From Planctomycetota bacterium (GTDB lineage Bacteria > Planctomycetota > UBA8108 > SXIK01), in NCBI GenBank assembly GCA_965223845.1, contig CBDCXR010000004.1, positions 4,448,001 to 4,512,000 of the forward strand: DNA of 64,000 nucleotides, written 5' to 3'. The position numbers were made by a program, and so were the translations under genes. Below, in pieces: positions 20,726-31,300 of this stretch (position 1 is its first letter; each line of letters begins with the position of its first letter). The notes beneath the pieces were generated by a model. The model searched no databases and was not told the origin of the DNA. It saw only the letters and a list, made by a program, of their open reading frames with translations.

Positions 20726-22144
20726 TCAAACGAGCACTTCGTCGACGACGCGCCCGTAGACGTCCGTCAGGCGGAAATCCCTGCCCCCGTGACGGAACGT
20801 GAGTCGCTCGTGGTCGATCCCGAGAAGGTGAAGGATCGTCGCGTGGAGGTCGTGGATGTGAACCTTGCCATCGACCGCGCGGTAGCCGTACTCATCGGTC
20901 ACACCGTGAGTCACTCCCCCCCGGACACCGCCGCCCGCCATCCAGATGGTGAACCCGCGGGGGTTGTGCTCTCGCCCGACGTTCTTCCCGCTGCCGCCGA
21001 GATCTTGGCTGAACGGCGTCCGGCCGAACTCTCCCGCCCACACGACGAGGGTGTCGTCGAGGAGACCGCGCGTCTTGAGATCCGTGAGGAGACCGGCGAT
21101 CGGACGATCCGAGATCGCGCACTGCTGCGGCAGCCCCGACCGGATCGATCCGTGGTGATCCCAGCCGCCCATCGAAACTTGGACGAAGCGAACGCCCGCT
21201 TCGGCGAGGCGGCGCGCGAGGAGACACTGCCGCCCAAAGCGATCGGTCGGGCTCTGGTTGATCCCGTAGAGGTCGAGCGTCGCCGGAGTTTCGCCCGCGA
21301 GATCGACGAGCTGCGGCGTCTCCGTCTGCATCCTAAACGCGAGCTCGAATGACTCGATCACCCCTTCGAGCTTTAGATCCGCTCCGGCTCGTTCCAATTG
21401 TCGGCGATTGAAGGTCTGAATCAGATCGATCCGTCGCCGCTGCCGCTCTGCCGGCACCTTCGGGTCGGTGAGATGCCGAATCGGCGGACGGCCCGACGAC
21501 GCGACCTCTTCGATCGGCGTCGCCTGATGCTTCGCCGGGAGGAACGCACTCCCGTAGTTTTTCTCGCCCTCGGCGGGGAGAATCGTGAGGTAGGACGGGA
21601 GGCGAGAGTTCTCGGTTCCGAGTCCGTAGGAGATCCACGCGCCCATCGACGGCAGATGCGCGTTCGTCGTCCCGGTATGGAGCATCTGCGTCGCAACGGG
21701 ATGGTTGGGACTGTCCGTGACCATTCCGCGCAGCACGCAGAGCTCATCGGCGAGCTTTCCGACGTGCGGCCAGAGATCAGTCATATAGAGACCGCACTCG
21801 CCGCGGTGGCGAAATCCCGATACGGGTCCGAGCAGCTTCGTCGCGTCGAGCCCGACCGTGGCTTCGGTCGACGGCAGCTCGAACGGAAGTGACGCCCCGT
21901 TCTCCTTCGCGAGCCTCGGCTTGTAGTCGAACATGTCGACCTGGGACGGGCCGCCCTGCATGAAGAGGAAGATCACACGGCGAGCGCGGGCTCGGTGATG
22001 CGACGCGAGAATCGGCGCCGACCCACCCGCAATCGCGGCTTCATGCAGCATCGCGGAGAGAGCGAGCGATCCGAAGCCGCACGCGGTCGTTCGCAGCGCG
22101 TCGCGCCGCGACGGAAGCTGGAGAAGTGATTCCCGTTCGATCAT
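20726..22144 (-). CDS. DUF1501 domain protein
   Basis: Tat-like SRRDAL, VIFLFMQGGPSQVDMFDYKP, GWDHH, GEFGRTP and DLHATILHLLGIDH motifs. Confidence 0.95.
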   Translation of the reverse strand: MIERESLLQLPSRRDALRTTACGFGSLALSAMLHEAAIAGGSAPILASHHRARARRVIFLFMQGGPSQVDMFDYKPRLAKENGASLPFELPSTEATVGLDATKLLGPVSGFRHRGECGLYMTDLWPHVGKLADELCVLRGMVTDSPNHPVATQMLHTGTTNAHLPSMGAWISYGLGTENSRLPSYLTILPAEGEKNYGSAFLPAKHQATPIEEVASSGRPPIRHLTDPKVPAERQRRRIDLIQTFNRRQLERAGADLKLEGVIESFELAFRMQTETPQLVDLAGETPATLDLYGINQSPTDRFGRQCLLARRLAEAGVRFVQVSMGGWDHHGSIRSGLPQQCAISDRPIAGLLTDLKTRGLLDDTLVVWAGEFGRTPFSQDLGGSGKNVGREHNPRGFTIWMAGGGVRGGVTHGVTDEYGYRAVDGKVHIHDLHATILHLLGIDHERLTFRHGGRDFRLTDVYGRVVDEVLV

Positions 22145-22171
22145 GAACCGCTCTCTCCGTCGCGATCTCGA

Positions 22172-25100
22172 TCAATCACGAAACAGAAACGCATTCGACG
22201 CGAGCACGGCGTGACAAAGGTCGACCCACGCCTCGGTGCGGGCTTCCTCGCGGCGCTCGGAGGACGCATGCGTCGCTCCGGCGATCTCGTCGAGAAACTT
22301 CAGCGACGACTCGAGATCATTCTCGTCGGGCCTCCGGCCGAAGGCCAGAAGGAACAGACGCTCGACGCGTGCGCGATCGCTCGCGAGCGGCTCGGCGAGG
22401 ATCCGACGCGCCGCCGCCCGTGCCCGATCCTTGACGAACGGCGAGTTCATCATGAAGAGCGCCTGCGTAGCAACGGTCGTCTCGGCTCGGCGTCCCGTGA
22501 TCGAGTTCGGGTGCGGAAAATCAAAGATATTGAGGATCTCGAGAGGTCCGGCTGGCGGCCGGCGGTGAAGCGGGAGGTAGAGTGAGCGGCGCCACTCGAC
22601 GGACTTCGGCAACTGGCGGCTCGTGTATGTCGGCGGATTTACGTTGCCACCGATCCCGGCAACATTCCCGGGGAGATCGAGGCCGAGCGACGGCCCCCCG
22701 CGTCCGCGATCGAGCTCGCCACTCACCGCGAGGAGTGCATCGCGGATCGACTCGGCCTCGAGACGGCGGCGCGGCATGCGCCAGAGAAGCCGGTTGTCCG
22801 GATCGCGAAGCTCCGCCTCGGTGTCGCGCTCACTCGCCGTGCGATAAGTGCGAGAGAGAACGAGGCGCCGAACGAGCGTCTTGAGCGACCATCCGCTCTC
22901 GATGAACTCGACGGCGAGCGTGTCGAGGAGCTCGGGGTGGCTCGGCCGATCGCCGTGAACGCCGAAGTCGTCGACAGTGCGGACGATTCCCTGTCCGAAA
23001 ATGTGATGCCAAACTCGATTGACGAGCACACGTGCGGTAAGGGGATTCTCGGGATGGACGAGCCACGCCGCGAGCTCGCGGCGGCCACTCGTTCCTGCGG
23101 CGATCGGTGAGCCGGACGGAAGCACCGAGCTCAAGAATCCGCGCGGAATGATCTCCCCGCGGTTGCGAAAGTCTCCGCGGATGTAGATCGCACTGTCGCG
23201 TGGCTCCGCAACGTCGCGCACGGCGAGTGCGTGCGGATCTCCCGGTCGCCCGTACTCCATCGCAGTGACTCGAGACGGGATCGACCGGATCTCACGCTCG
23301 ATCTCGTTGATACGAGCGTGCGTTCGCTTCTCTGCATCCGTTTTCGCGGGATGATCGGCGAGCGACGGCGGACCGCCGCCGAAGAGCTGAATCGCGTAGT
23401 CGCCAGACGCTCGCTCGACTGCGTGCGAGTGGTTGATCCCGCCGCCCGTCCAGCCCGGAAACTCTCCCGAGGCAAATACGCGAAGAGCAGTGTGAGCCTG
23501 CGTGCCGGTGATCTTGTGCGCGCGATAGTCGTCGAACTGGTCGGCGAAGACGACCGAGCCGCCGGAAGTCACCCGCAGGCGATCGACGGCGCCCCCGAAC
23601 CGGCCGGCGTACCGGAGAGAGGGCGAGAAACGGATGCCGACATCCCCGCTGCCGTCGCCGCGGTAGCTAAACGAGACGCGAGAAAACGTCTGAGCTTCGC
23701 GGCCGCTCCGCCACCTTCCGGGACGCACGGAGTGCGCCGCGAGCACCGAGCCGTCGCCCCGAATGATCTCGACACACACCCCGTCGCGCTCGGTCGTCGC
23801 CTGTCCGGCGTTCGCCCAAACCGTCGGGCCGACATCGAACGAGACCTCGTACATCTCTCCGTCTCGGTTCGCGGCAAGCCCCCTGCGCTCGAGAACGTTC
23901 ATCGACGACGCGACGGATCGGTCGAGGATCTCGTCGAAAAGCCGCCCTCGCTCCTCCTCAAGATCGAGCCGCGCGCCGCGAGTCTTCTCGACCGAAGCCT
24001 CGTACGATTCGTCGCGCCGTCGGCGTTCCGCTTTCTCTTCCGGAGTCTCGGGAAGCGAACTCCGGACAATGGTGCTCCAGACGCCCGGACCGTCGTGCCG
24101 AGTCGTGAGCGTGCTGTGAAAAATGCCTGCGAGCGCGTAGTAGTCGCGCGTCGGGATCGGGTCGAACTTGTGATCGTGGCAACGCGCACATCCCACCGAG
24201 AGACCGAGAAACGTACGACCGATCTTCTCGATCTGATGATCGACGACGTCCGCGTGGAGTTGCCCTTTGATGTAGTTCTGAAGCGTCCACGGACCGATCG
24301 CGAGAAAGCCCGTCGCGATGATCGCCTCGCGCCGTTCTCTCACCGTCGGCAGCGGCAGGAGATCGCCGGCGATCTGCTCCTCGATGAATCGATCGATGGC
24401 TCGATCTTCATTGAACGCCGAGACGACGTAGTCGCGGTACCGCCACGCGCCACGAAGGACGACGTTCCCGTCGATGTCGCCGAGATCGGCGTAGCAGGAC
24501 AGGTCGAACCAGCGTCGCGCCCAGTGAACGCCGAACTCGGGCGAGGCGAGGAGACGATCGACGACGCTCTCGAATGCGCGTGGAGAAGGGTCACGGAGGA
24601 ACGCATCCAACTCGCGCGGGTCGGGCGGCAATCCAGTAAGGTCGAAGCTCACGCGCCGAAGCAAAGTCGCGCGGTCGGCCTCGCGGCGTGGAGCGAGCTC
24701 AGCACGCTCGAGTCGCGCGAGAATGAAGCGATCGATGTCCCCCATCGGCCAGGAGCTAGCGCTGACCGGCGGCGGCGGAGAGCGCACCGGACGGCGAAAC
24801 GCCCAGAAGTCGCGCGTCGGCGCAGTCTCCGCGGATTCCTCGTCCACCGAACTTCGCGCGTCCACGCGCGGATCCGGTGCGCCCAGTTCGATCCAGCGTC
24901 GAAAGTGAGCGATCGTCTCCGGCGCTAGCTTCCCCTTCGGCGGCATCTGCAGCGATTCGTCGGCGTAAGAAATCGCCTCCAGGAGAAGGCTCCTCCGCGC
25001 GTCGCCCGGAACGATCGCCGGACCCGAGTCCCCGCCGCGACGGGTCGTGTCGCGGCGGTCCAGCCGGAGCCCGCCTTTCGCCTTCGTCCCGGAGTGACAG

Positions 25101-25213
25101 TCGAAGCATCGCTCGACGAGTACCGGACGAATGTGCCGCTCGAAGTACTCCGTTCCCTTCGGATCCGTTTCACTAACGGTAAGAAGCGAGAGCGTGAGAA
25201 GCGCGGCGTTCAC
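22172..25213 (-). CDS. Planctomycete cytochrome c + DUF1549 + DUF1553 (PSD1) protein
   Basis: CFDCH, CARCHDHKFDPI, NPLTARVLVNRVW, PSHPELLD and RRLEAESIRD motifs; adjacent to DUF1501. Confidence 0.95.
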   Translation of the reverse strand: MNAALLTLSLLTVSETDPKGTEYFERHIRPVLVERCFDCHSGTKAKGGLRLDRRDTTRRGGDSGPAIVPGDARRSLLLEAISYADESLQMPPKGKLAPETIAHFRRWIELGAPDPRVDARSSVDEESAETAPTRDFWAFRRPVRSPPPPVSASSWPMGDIDRFILARLERAELAPRREADRATLLRRVSFDLTGLPPDPRELDAFLRDPSPRAFESVVDRLLASPEFGVHWARRWFDLSCYADLGDIDGNVVLRGAWRYRDYVVSAFNEDRAIDRFIEEQIAGDLLPLPTVRERREAIIATGFLAIGPWTLQNYIKGQLHADVVDHQIEKIGRTFLGLSVGCARCHDHKFDPIPTRDYYALAGIFHSTLTTRHDGPGVWSTIVRSSLPETPEEKAERRRRDESYEASVEKTRGARLDLEEERGRLFDEILDRSVASSMNVLERRGLAANRDGEMYEVSFDVGPTVWANAGQATTERDGVCVEIIRGDGSVLAAHSVRPGRWRSGREAQTFSRVSFSYRGDGSGDVGIRFSPSLRYAGRFGGAVDRLRVTSGGSVVFADQFDDYRAHKITGTQAHTALRVFASGEFPGWTGGGINHSHAVERASGDYAIQLFGGGPPSLADHPAKTDAEKRTHARINEIEREIRSIPSRVTAMEYGRPGDPHALAVRDVAEPRDSAIYIRGDFRNRGEIIPRGFLSSVLPSGSPIAAGTSGRRELAAWLVHPENPLTARVLVNRVWHHIFGQGIVRTVDDFGVHGDRPSHPELLDTLAVEFIESGWSLKTLVRRLVLSRTYRTASERDTEAELRDPDNRLLWRMPRRRLEAESIRDALLAVSGELDRGRGGPSLGLDLPGNVAGIGGNVNPPTYTSRQLPKSVEWRRSLYLPLHRRPPAGPLEILNIFDFPHPNSITGRRAETTVATQALFMMNSPFVKDRARAAARRILAEPLASDRARVERLFLLAFGRRPDENDLESSLKFLDEIAGATHASSERREEARTEAWVDLCHAVLASNAFLFRD

Positions 25214-25308
25214 TCGGAGTCCTCGTTGTCAACGAATCGACGATCTCAGCGTTCATTTTGAACAAGGAACGTCGCCGGATCAACGGGAACGAGCTCGAGC
25301 GCTCTCGG

Positions 25309-25358
25309 GAAGAGGTTCACACGAAGTTCGCGAAGGAGCGCGAAGAGAGACGAAGGGG
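25309..25358 (+). repeat. Intergenic repeat family A, copy 2
   Basis: GAAGAGGTTCACACGAAGTTCGCGAAGGAGCGCGAAGAGAGACGAAGGGG. Confidence 0.75.
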
Positions 25359-25616
25359 AGGAAGAGGGATCAGGAGATAAAAAGGGAACCGAGCGAGGCG
25401 GATTCGGAGAGAGAGAGAGAGAGAACGGCGACGCGGCCTTTCGGGAGCGCGGTTCAGCAGACTGCGTTGGCTCTCCCGCGCACGTTTCGCTCTTTTCCGA
25501 AAAATCACCGTACGGGGATCCGCGATTCCACTCGAGTGATCTCGACGTTGCGGGTGAGTCGATCCTCGGGCACGATGCGGCGGCTTCCCCCCACTCGACT
25601 CCCGGGAGAGCTCTCA

Positions 25617-27659
25617 ATGAAGCGAGATCGGTTGCGTTCGACGGGCGCGGTACTTGCCATCGTGCTCGGCGCTTCGCCGTCTCTGACGACCGCGAACGAT
25701 CGGGAGTTCATCCACCCGGGCCTTCTTCACAGCGCGGCCGACCTCGATCGCATTCGGTCGGGAGTCGCGGCGCGACACCGCGTGCTCTTTGACGCGTTCG
25801 CCAAGTTCTCGAAGGACGGTCCCTCGCAGGCGTCCTACCGACTCCGTGGCCCGTTCCCCGAGTGGGGACGAAAGCCGGACATCCGAGTTGGAGAAGCCGA
25901 AAGCGATGCGACCGCCGCGTACCAAAACGCGCTCATGTGGGCGGTCACCGGCGATCGCGCGCACGCACAGAAGTCGATCGAGATCGTGAATGCCTGGGTC
26001 TCGACCCTAAAGCGCGTGAGCGGAATCGACGGCGTGCTCGCCTCGGGTCTTCAGGGGTTCAAGTTCGCAAACGCCGCTGAGCTTCTCCGCCACACCGACT
26101 CCGGTTGGACGGCCGACGAGGCGAAGCGCTGTGAGCGCTGGTTCCTCGAGGTTTGGCATCCGACGATCGAGCACTACGCGTACTTCGCCAACGGAAACTG
26201 GGAGGGTGCTGCCCTACAGACCAAGATGGCGATCGCCGTTTTCTGCAATGATCATCGTCTGTTCGAAGAAGCGGTTCGTTACGCCGTAAGCGGAGCCGGA
26301 AACGGCAGCATTTCGCATACTGTCGTCTACCCCTCGGGACAAGCGCAGGAGACGACGAGGAAGCAAGGCTACGCGCAGCTCGGCCTCGGACTCCTCTCGT
26401 CCGCGGCGGAGGTCGCGTGGAATCAAGGCGTCGATCTCTACGGTTGGGACGACAATCGCATTCTCAAGGGATTCGAGTACACCGCAAAGTACGGACTGGG
26501 ACACGAAGTACCCTACCGTCACTACCTCGATCGCACCGGTAAGTACGGGTTCGGCGGGCGACACAATCACTACGACAAGATCTCCACGGACGGCCGCGGT
26601 CGCTTTCGTCCAATCTTCGAGCAACCGTTCCATCACTACGCCCATCGGCGGGGTCTCGAGGCACCCTACACCGGCGCCGTCGCCGCGAAACTCCGTCCCG
26701 AAGGCCGGAGCCGCGATCACTCGAGCCACGGGACGCTAGCGCACTTTCGCGAACGAGTCTCGCCGTCATCGCCGACTCAGCCTCCCGGCCGGCCCGCCGG
26801 GATCGTCGCGCGGACAACGGCGAAAGGGATCCTGCTCACGTGGGTTCGCTCGGTGGACCCGGCGAGCTGCACCGACGCCCGCAGCTATTCACTCAAGCGG
26901 GCGGACCGTCGAGACGGACCGTTCACGACCATCGTGTCCGAGACGACCGAAACGCAGTACATGGACGAGGACGTCGAACGCGGCCGGCTCTACTACTACG
27001 TCGTCGCTGCGCGCAACGAAGCAGGCGACCGTGGCGCGTCGGCCGTCGTCCCGGCGAGCGCCGGCCTGCCCGGTGAATGGAAGAGTCGCGACGTCGGTGC
27101 CGTCGGCGTGCCTGGCTACGCCAGATACGATGGGCGCGTCGTTTCGCTCGAGGGGGAAGGACGCTCGATCGGGGGGGCGGAAGATCAGTTCCACTTCGCC
27201 TACGCGTCGATGACGGGCGACGGCGAAATCTCCGCGCGCGTCGTTCCTCCGATGAGCTCCCAGTGGTCGACGCCCGGCGTCATGATGCGCGAGAGTCTCG
27301 CCGCGAACTCGCCGCAGGTGTCCGTGCTCCTCCTCCCCCACTGGAACGGCGCGCTCGTCTACCGATCAAAAACCGGGGGTGAGACGACAACTGCGGGAAG
27401 AACGTCGATCGACGAGCCATTCGTCGTAAACAAGAACCGGCTCATGAAGCCTTACTGGGTCCGATTGGTTCGAGTCGGGAACGTGTTCACAGGCTCCATC
27501 TCGTCCGATGGTCGCGAGTGGACGCCACTCGCGACGGCGGAGGTCGACATGAGCGAAACGATCCATGTCGGCCTCCCCGCCTGCTCGCAGCTCGAGAACG
27601 TAACGACGACGGTCACTTACGACCGCGTCAGCGTGCCCGGCTGGAGAATGCCGGAGTGA
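25617..27659 (+). CDS. Alginate-lyase-family (alpha/alpha) protein + FnIII + C-terminal beta-sandwich (DUF1349-like)
   Basis: FIHPGLLHS, AAYQNALMW, NGNWE, GQAQETTR.QGYAQLG and AWNQGVDLY motifs; FnIII YYYVVAARN; signal peptide. Confidence 0.8.
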   Translation: MKRDRLRSTGAVLAIVLGASPSLTTANDREFIHPGLLHSAADLDRIRSGVAARHRVLFDAFAKFSKDGPSQASYRLRGPFPEWGRKPDIRVGEAESDATAAYQNALMWAVTGDRAHAQKSIEIVNAWVSTLKRVSGIDGVLASGLQGFKFANAAELLRHTDSGWTADEAKRCERWFLEVWHPTIEHYAYFANGNWEGAALQTKMAIAVFCNDHRLFEEAVRYAVSGAGNGSISHTVVYPSGQAQETTRKQGYAQLGLGLLSSAAEVAWNQGVDLYGWDDNRILKGFEYTAKYGLGHEVPYRHYLDRTGKYGFGGRHNHYDKISTDGRGRFRPIFEQPFHHYAHRRGLEAPYTGAVAAKLRPEGRSRDHSSHGTLAHFRERVSPSSPTQPPGRPAGIVARTTAKGILLTWVRSVDPASCTDARSYSLKRADRRDGPFTTIVSETTETQYMDEDVERGRLYYYVVAARNEAGDRGASAVVPASAGLPGEWKSRDVGAVGVPGYARYDGRVVSLEGEGRSIGGAEDQFHFAYASMTGDGEISARVVPPMSSQWSTPGVMMRESLAANSPQVSVLLLPHWNGALVYRSKTGGETTTAGRTSIDEPFVVNKNRLMKPYWVRLVRVGNVFTGSISSDGREWTPLATAEVDMSETIHVGLPACSQLENVTTTVTYDRVSVPGWRMPE

Positions 27660-27728
27660 ACCCCAACGTTGCAAAAAACTGACGGCAAGAAACGCTTTCG
27701 CTCGCCATTTTCTTGCAACGTTGGAGTG
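27660..27728. repeat. 69-bp element with terminal inverted repeats between convergent genes (MITE-like or bidirectional terminator)
   Basis: ACCCCAACGTTGCAAAAAA ... TTTTCTTGCAACGTTGGAGT. Confidence 0.55.
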
Positions 27729-27735
27729 AATGCGC

Positions 27736-28275
27736 TCACGAATCCGGAGAGGGACCGCGTTCTCGCGTGGGGTTTCGGTTGTATTCCGCCGAGCCGCCGG
27801 GAGGGATGCTGAGGAATTTCCACCCCGGTCCGCGAATCTGCCTTCCGATCATCACCATCTGCCCGACGTGATAGCTAACGTGCGCGAGCGAACGACAGAG
27901 AGCGTGGTGAACCGTAAGCTCCTGACCGCGGATGCGGACGCACGAGAGAAGATGATCGTCCGACAGGTCGGACAGCGAACCGAAGAGAGTCTCCCACCCC
28001 ATGTCCCAACGCGCCGACAGCTCAGCGCGGTCGAGCTCGTCCGGCGCGAATTCCGACTCGCGATCGCGCCCGGGCTTCTCCCCGTCTGACGTGAGAAACT
28101 CCGTGAACCGCGACCGCAAATTGCCGGAGATGTGGCAAACGAGGATCTCGACGGAGTTCTGCCCAACTCCCGACCGCCAACCTAGCTCCTCGTCACTCAA
28201 CTGCCCGAGTACGCCGGCGCCGATCTCGCGGTAGCGCTGGAACTCGTTCTCGATGGATTCGACGAGCTTACGCAT
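27736..28275 (-). CDS. DinB-like DUF1572 family protein
   Basis: HISGNLRSRFTEFLTSDGEKPGRDRESEF, HVSYHVGQ and LSIPPGGS motifs. Confidence 0.9.
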   Translation of the reverse strand: MRKLVESIENEFQRYREIGAGVLGQLSDEELGWRSGVGQNSVEILVCHISGNLRSRFTEFLTSDGEKPGRDRESEFAPDELDRAELSARWDMGWETLFGSLSDLSDDHLLSCVRIRGQELTVHHALCRSLAHVSYHVGQMVMIGRQIRGPGWKFLSIPPGGSAEYNRNPTRERGPSPDS

Positions 28276-28302
28276 TAGATTCGAAATCTCCCGACGAATC
28301 CT

Positions 28303-28352
28303 CCCCCTTCGTCTTCCTTCGCGACTCTTCGCGCCCTTCGTGTGAACCTCTT
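28303..28352 (-). repeat. Intergenic repeat family A, copy 3
   Basis: Minus strand reads AAGAGGTTCACACGAAGGGCGCGAAGAGTCGCGAAGGAAGACGAAGGGG, abutting the stop codon at 28351. Confidence 0.75.
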
Positions 28353-31300
28353 ACGGAAGAAGAGGCTCGACCTCGATCGCCGAAACCGTCGGGCCATCCG
28401 CGTCCCCCTGCACGAACTCGATGTCGAGCGCGTCGTCTTCGAGGTCGACCTCGAACGACTTCGTCTCCGTCTCGGCGAATTCGAGATGGTCGAGCGCGTC
28501 GTATCCTTCGAGCACGGTCTCGCCCTCGATGCGCACGTCGAACGTTCGCTGACCGGCCCTGAGGGCAAAGAACTCGCCGAGAGTGAGGGTGACGCGGTAC
28601 CGGCCGCGGGGGAGCGCGAAGCGATAGCTCCCCGCTGAATCCACGACTCCGAAGTATCGCTGTCGCGAGAGGAGACCTTCCTGGTCGCTTCCGGCGGCGG
28701 CTTCGGCGAACTTGCGATTCCGCCGGCCGCGGCTCGCGAAGCGATCCTTTCTCCAGAGCTTGCCGCTCGAATCGGTGAATTCGTCCCCGCCCGAGTTGAT
28801 GCGGATGGCTTTCTTCTCGGAGAGCTCGCGCGCGATCCAGGGACGCGCGCGCTCGTCGGCCTCGGCGACGCGACCTCGACGACGGAGGAAGTCATCCACG
28901 AGGCAGAAGAGATCGTCGAGCTTCTTCCGACTTTCTTCGTCGCTCCGATCGATGAGAAGCGCAGTGGCGCGATCGAGGCTGTTCACGTAGGCGCCAGCGA
29001 TTCCCAGTCGATGCAAAAGGTCGCCGCGGAAGCGCCACGCGTCTGGGTCCTTCTCGGTCGAGTCGCGCGCTTCTTCCTCGGAGAGCAAGCTCAGCCGGAT
29101 CGATGACTCCGCCGCGCGAAAGACGCGCGGCGGCAGGACGCCGCGAATCTCATCGAGAACCGCAGGGCGCTCCTCCGCCGCCGGAAGAAGTGACGCGAGA
29201 CCGGGACTCGCCGAAAGCTCGAGCCGAAGGAGGAGGTCGCTGCTCGCCGGATTCGCCTGATAGATCGCGGCGGCGAGCACGTTTTCACCTTCGCGGAGGC
29301 GTGCCGCGTCGAGGACGTGCTCATGGGTCTCTTGTTCGAGCAGCCCACTGATCGTCGAGAGGGAGCGCACATCCGTGCGTTCGAGCAGAGGTCCCTCCGG
29401 CATATTGCTCCGAAGAAACTCTTCCCCATTCAAGTAGAGCACGAGTCCGTCGTCGCGGAGGAACTTGGCGAGGATCTTCGTGCCCGCCGATAGAGCTTCC
29501 GGATTCACCCGGAAACGCGTTCGCGCCACGTACTTCGTACCTCCTCGCCTCAGCGTCGTCGCGACTCGCTGATCGCCGAAGCCGAGCGGTCCTTGGCCCA
29601 CGTTCCAGGCTTCGTCGTCGAACTCGGGTTTCGTCCAATCGCTCGGAGCGGCGCCTTCGTCGAGGTACGACCACTCCGCGTCCGCGGGAAGGAGCTCGAT
29701 CTCCGCCGCACCGTAAAGCGTCGGCGCCGACGCGAGCGATTCGATCGCGACCTTCGGGTCACGCGCTCGGGCGACAAAGTACTCCGCGAGGAGTAGAGCG
29801 AAAAGCCGCAGCTGCGCCGCGCGCGAGTCGTCCTCCACCGTGACGGCGGCCACGGCTTCGCCGAGGTGCGCGCGAAGATCGCCTGCCGCCGCATCGAGGC
29901 CGACCGTGCCGACGAGGTCCTCGAGGTCGGTGCGCGCGCCGTCCGGATCGCGTGCTTCGCGGCGGATTCGGATCTTCTCGCGAAACAGCTCGGCGATCTC
30001 TTCGGCGCTCGCTCTGCGACTGACCGCGTCAACGATGAGATTCTCGAGCGGAGTGAAGGGTAGATCCGTCGAGGCCTTCAGCCCGACCTCGGCGTGGAGC
30101 CCAGCCAGCACCAAGTCGCGCGGCGCCACGTCGGAGGCAATCTCGAGAAGACGACGCGCCATTTCAAGTCGTTCAGCCTCCATGTGCTCTCTCACCGCCC
30201 CGGCGATGCGCTTCGCGAAGAGCGTCCGCTCCTCGGACACGTCGCTCGCCGGGACGCGCGACAGAACTCGCGCGGCCGCCGTCCAGTTTTGCGCGTCCAC
30301 CAAGATCGACGCCAACGAACGGAGTGCCTCCGGCGGCAGCTCACTCTCCGAATCGGACGATCGCCAGACCGACAACAAGGATCGGTCCGAGCTCGGCGTT
30401 CGAACGAGCGCGGGGACTCCGATGAAATTCGTCTGCGTTCGCATGTTCACGTCCCGCGCGTCGATCCGAAAGTGCGTGAGAAACTCGCCGAGGCGCGGCG
30501 GCGCGGCGGCGAGAGCTTCGACGCGGCGAACGTGGATCGTCCCGCCGCGTTCGCAGATCGCGACGAGTCCCTCGGGGCCGAAATCGACGTAGCTTCCGTT
30601 CGCGTCGATGGCGACCTCCGCCCGGAGAGCTCCGGTGGCCACGGTCCAAATCTGAGCGTTCGGGCTGCTCTGACACACGGTCGCGAGGTACTGGCCGTCC
30701 GGGGAAAACGCCACATCGACCCAACCGCTCGTCGCGAGGGTCCGCGTGACGCGGAGCTCTCGGTCGGGGACGCTCCAGAACGAGACTCGTCCGCCTCCGC
30801 CTGCGGCAAGAACCTCTCCGTCCGGACTGTAGGCGATTCGCGTGATTCCGCTGCGCTCCCCGTCCACCAAGCGACCGATCTCCTCTCCGTCGGCGACGCG
30901 CCAGAGGATTAGGTGTCCGCTTTCGAGACCGGCGGCGATCGTGGTTCCGTCCGGCGAGTATTTCGCGGAAAAGGGTTCCCGCGATTCGAGGAAGGACTCG
31001 CGCGTCTCGCGGGCGATGTCCCAGACGACGACGCCCTCTGCCGTGGGAACGGCGAGACGCTTCGCATCGGGCGAGAATCCCATTCCCGGACTGTAGGATC
31101 CAGACGTCTCGGGGCCGCGGAAGCGCTCGCGAGTGTCGAGCTGCCAAATCGAAACTCCTTGAGCGCCGCGAATCGTTGCCGAGGCGACCCAGTTCCCGTC
31201 GCGCGACACCGCGAGTCCGGTGGCTTGCTCGGCGGCGAGAGTCTCCACGATTTTGCCGGTCGACGGATCCATGAGCCGAAGGCCGTCACCGCCGACGAGG

